A DNA stretch of 63,812 bases, filler included, from Octopus bimaculoides (taxonomy: Eukaryota): assembly GCF_001194135.2 (NCBI RefSeq). It is 8 parts of 7 records of this genome, joined end to end, with 100 filler letters (N's around TTAATTAATTAA, not from the genome) between each part and the next. Parts side by side here need not be neighbours in the genome. Positions count along the whole stretch, not along the records: positions 60,711 to 63,812 come from NC_068988.1; 7 more parts are not named here. One strand, 5' to 3'. Made by a program: the position numbers and the translations under genes. Position 1 is the first letter of the stretch. Every line of letters starts with the position of its first letter. Below are positions 63,200 to 63,812 of this stretch, in pieces. A model generated the notes under the pieces. That model was not told where the DNA came from and ran no database searches. It saw only the letters and a program-made list of their open reading frames with translations.

Positions 63200-63795
63200 A
63201 TGACGGCCAAAATGCTCAGCGGCGAATCATCCGCCTTTACGTTCTGAGTTCAAATTCCACCGAAGTTAACTTTATCTTTCATCCTTTCGGGGTCGATGAA
63301 ATAAGTACCAGCTGAATACTGGGGTCGATATAATCGACTTTCCCCTCCCCTCAAAAGTGCTGGCTGTGTGCCCAAATGAGAGACCATTATTACTATTATA
63401 ACGCGGCGAGCTGGCAGAATCGTTAGCACGGTGGGCAATATGCTTAGCGGCATTTCGTCGGTCTTTACGCTCTGAGTTCAAATTCCGCCGAGGTAGACTT
63501 TGCCTTTCATCCTTTCGGGTTCGATAAATCAAGTACCAGTGAATCACTGGGGTCGATGTATTCGACTGGTCCCGCCCCACTCCTCCAAAATTTCAGGCTT
63601 GTGCTCTCAGAAGAAAGGATTATTATTATTATAAAGTGGCGAGCTGGCAGAATCATGACCACGGTGGTTAGAATCGATATCAAAGCTCTTCAGCATTTCA
63701 TCCCTCTTTACGTTCTGAGTTCAAATTCCGCTGAGGTCAATTTTACCTTTCATCCTTTCAGGGTCGATAAAATAAGTACCAGTTGAATACTGATG
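63200..63795 (+). mobile_element. Three head-to-tail SINE family A copies (about 63200-63395, 63403-63632, 63636-63795)
   Basis: Each has ctgagttcaaattcc..ctttcatcctttc.ggg.tcgat..aagtaccag; copies 2 and 3 start ggcgagctggcagaatc immediately after the ATT-rich tail of the previous copy. Confidence 0.9.
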
Positions 63796-63812
63796 TCCCC
63801 GAAATTGCTAGC

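Overview
Eukaryotic, AT-rich, microsatellite-saturated draft genomic DNA with many N gaps and seven artificial TTAATTAATTAA scaffold linkers. The repeat landscape strongly suggests an octopus/coleoid cephalopod (inference from recalled repeat types). There is one convincing protein gene: a coding-intronless ZIP (SLC39 subfamily II, ZIP1/2/3-like) metal transporter at 48684-49934 (+, 416 aa). It has a long Gly/Ser-rich then acidic cytosolic loop, non-canonical transport-site residues (HR instead of HK in TM5), an overlapping upstream ORF and an in-frame His-containing upstream extension. The rest is transposon debris: two tRNA-derived SINE families (many copies, nested, dimeric, some with perfect TSDs), fossil CR1, R4/Dong-like and RTE LINEs, two Penelope-like GIY-YIG fragments, two copies of a hAT MITE (one carrying a nested mariner MITE), and a fold-back Tc1/mariner transposase remnant. 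The most novel signal is a minimal type-I hammerhead-ribozyme-like motif (minus strand, 135-161) in a TA-embedded repeat. Its two sibling copies (41.8 kb, 58.9 kb) both stop about 8-10 nt from the predicted self-cleavage site, suggesting a ribozyme-processed, Penelope/retrozyme-like non-autonomous family. Family assignments are from motif recognition only; no database search was run.
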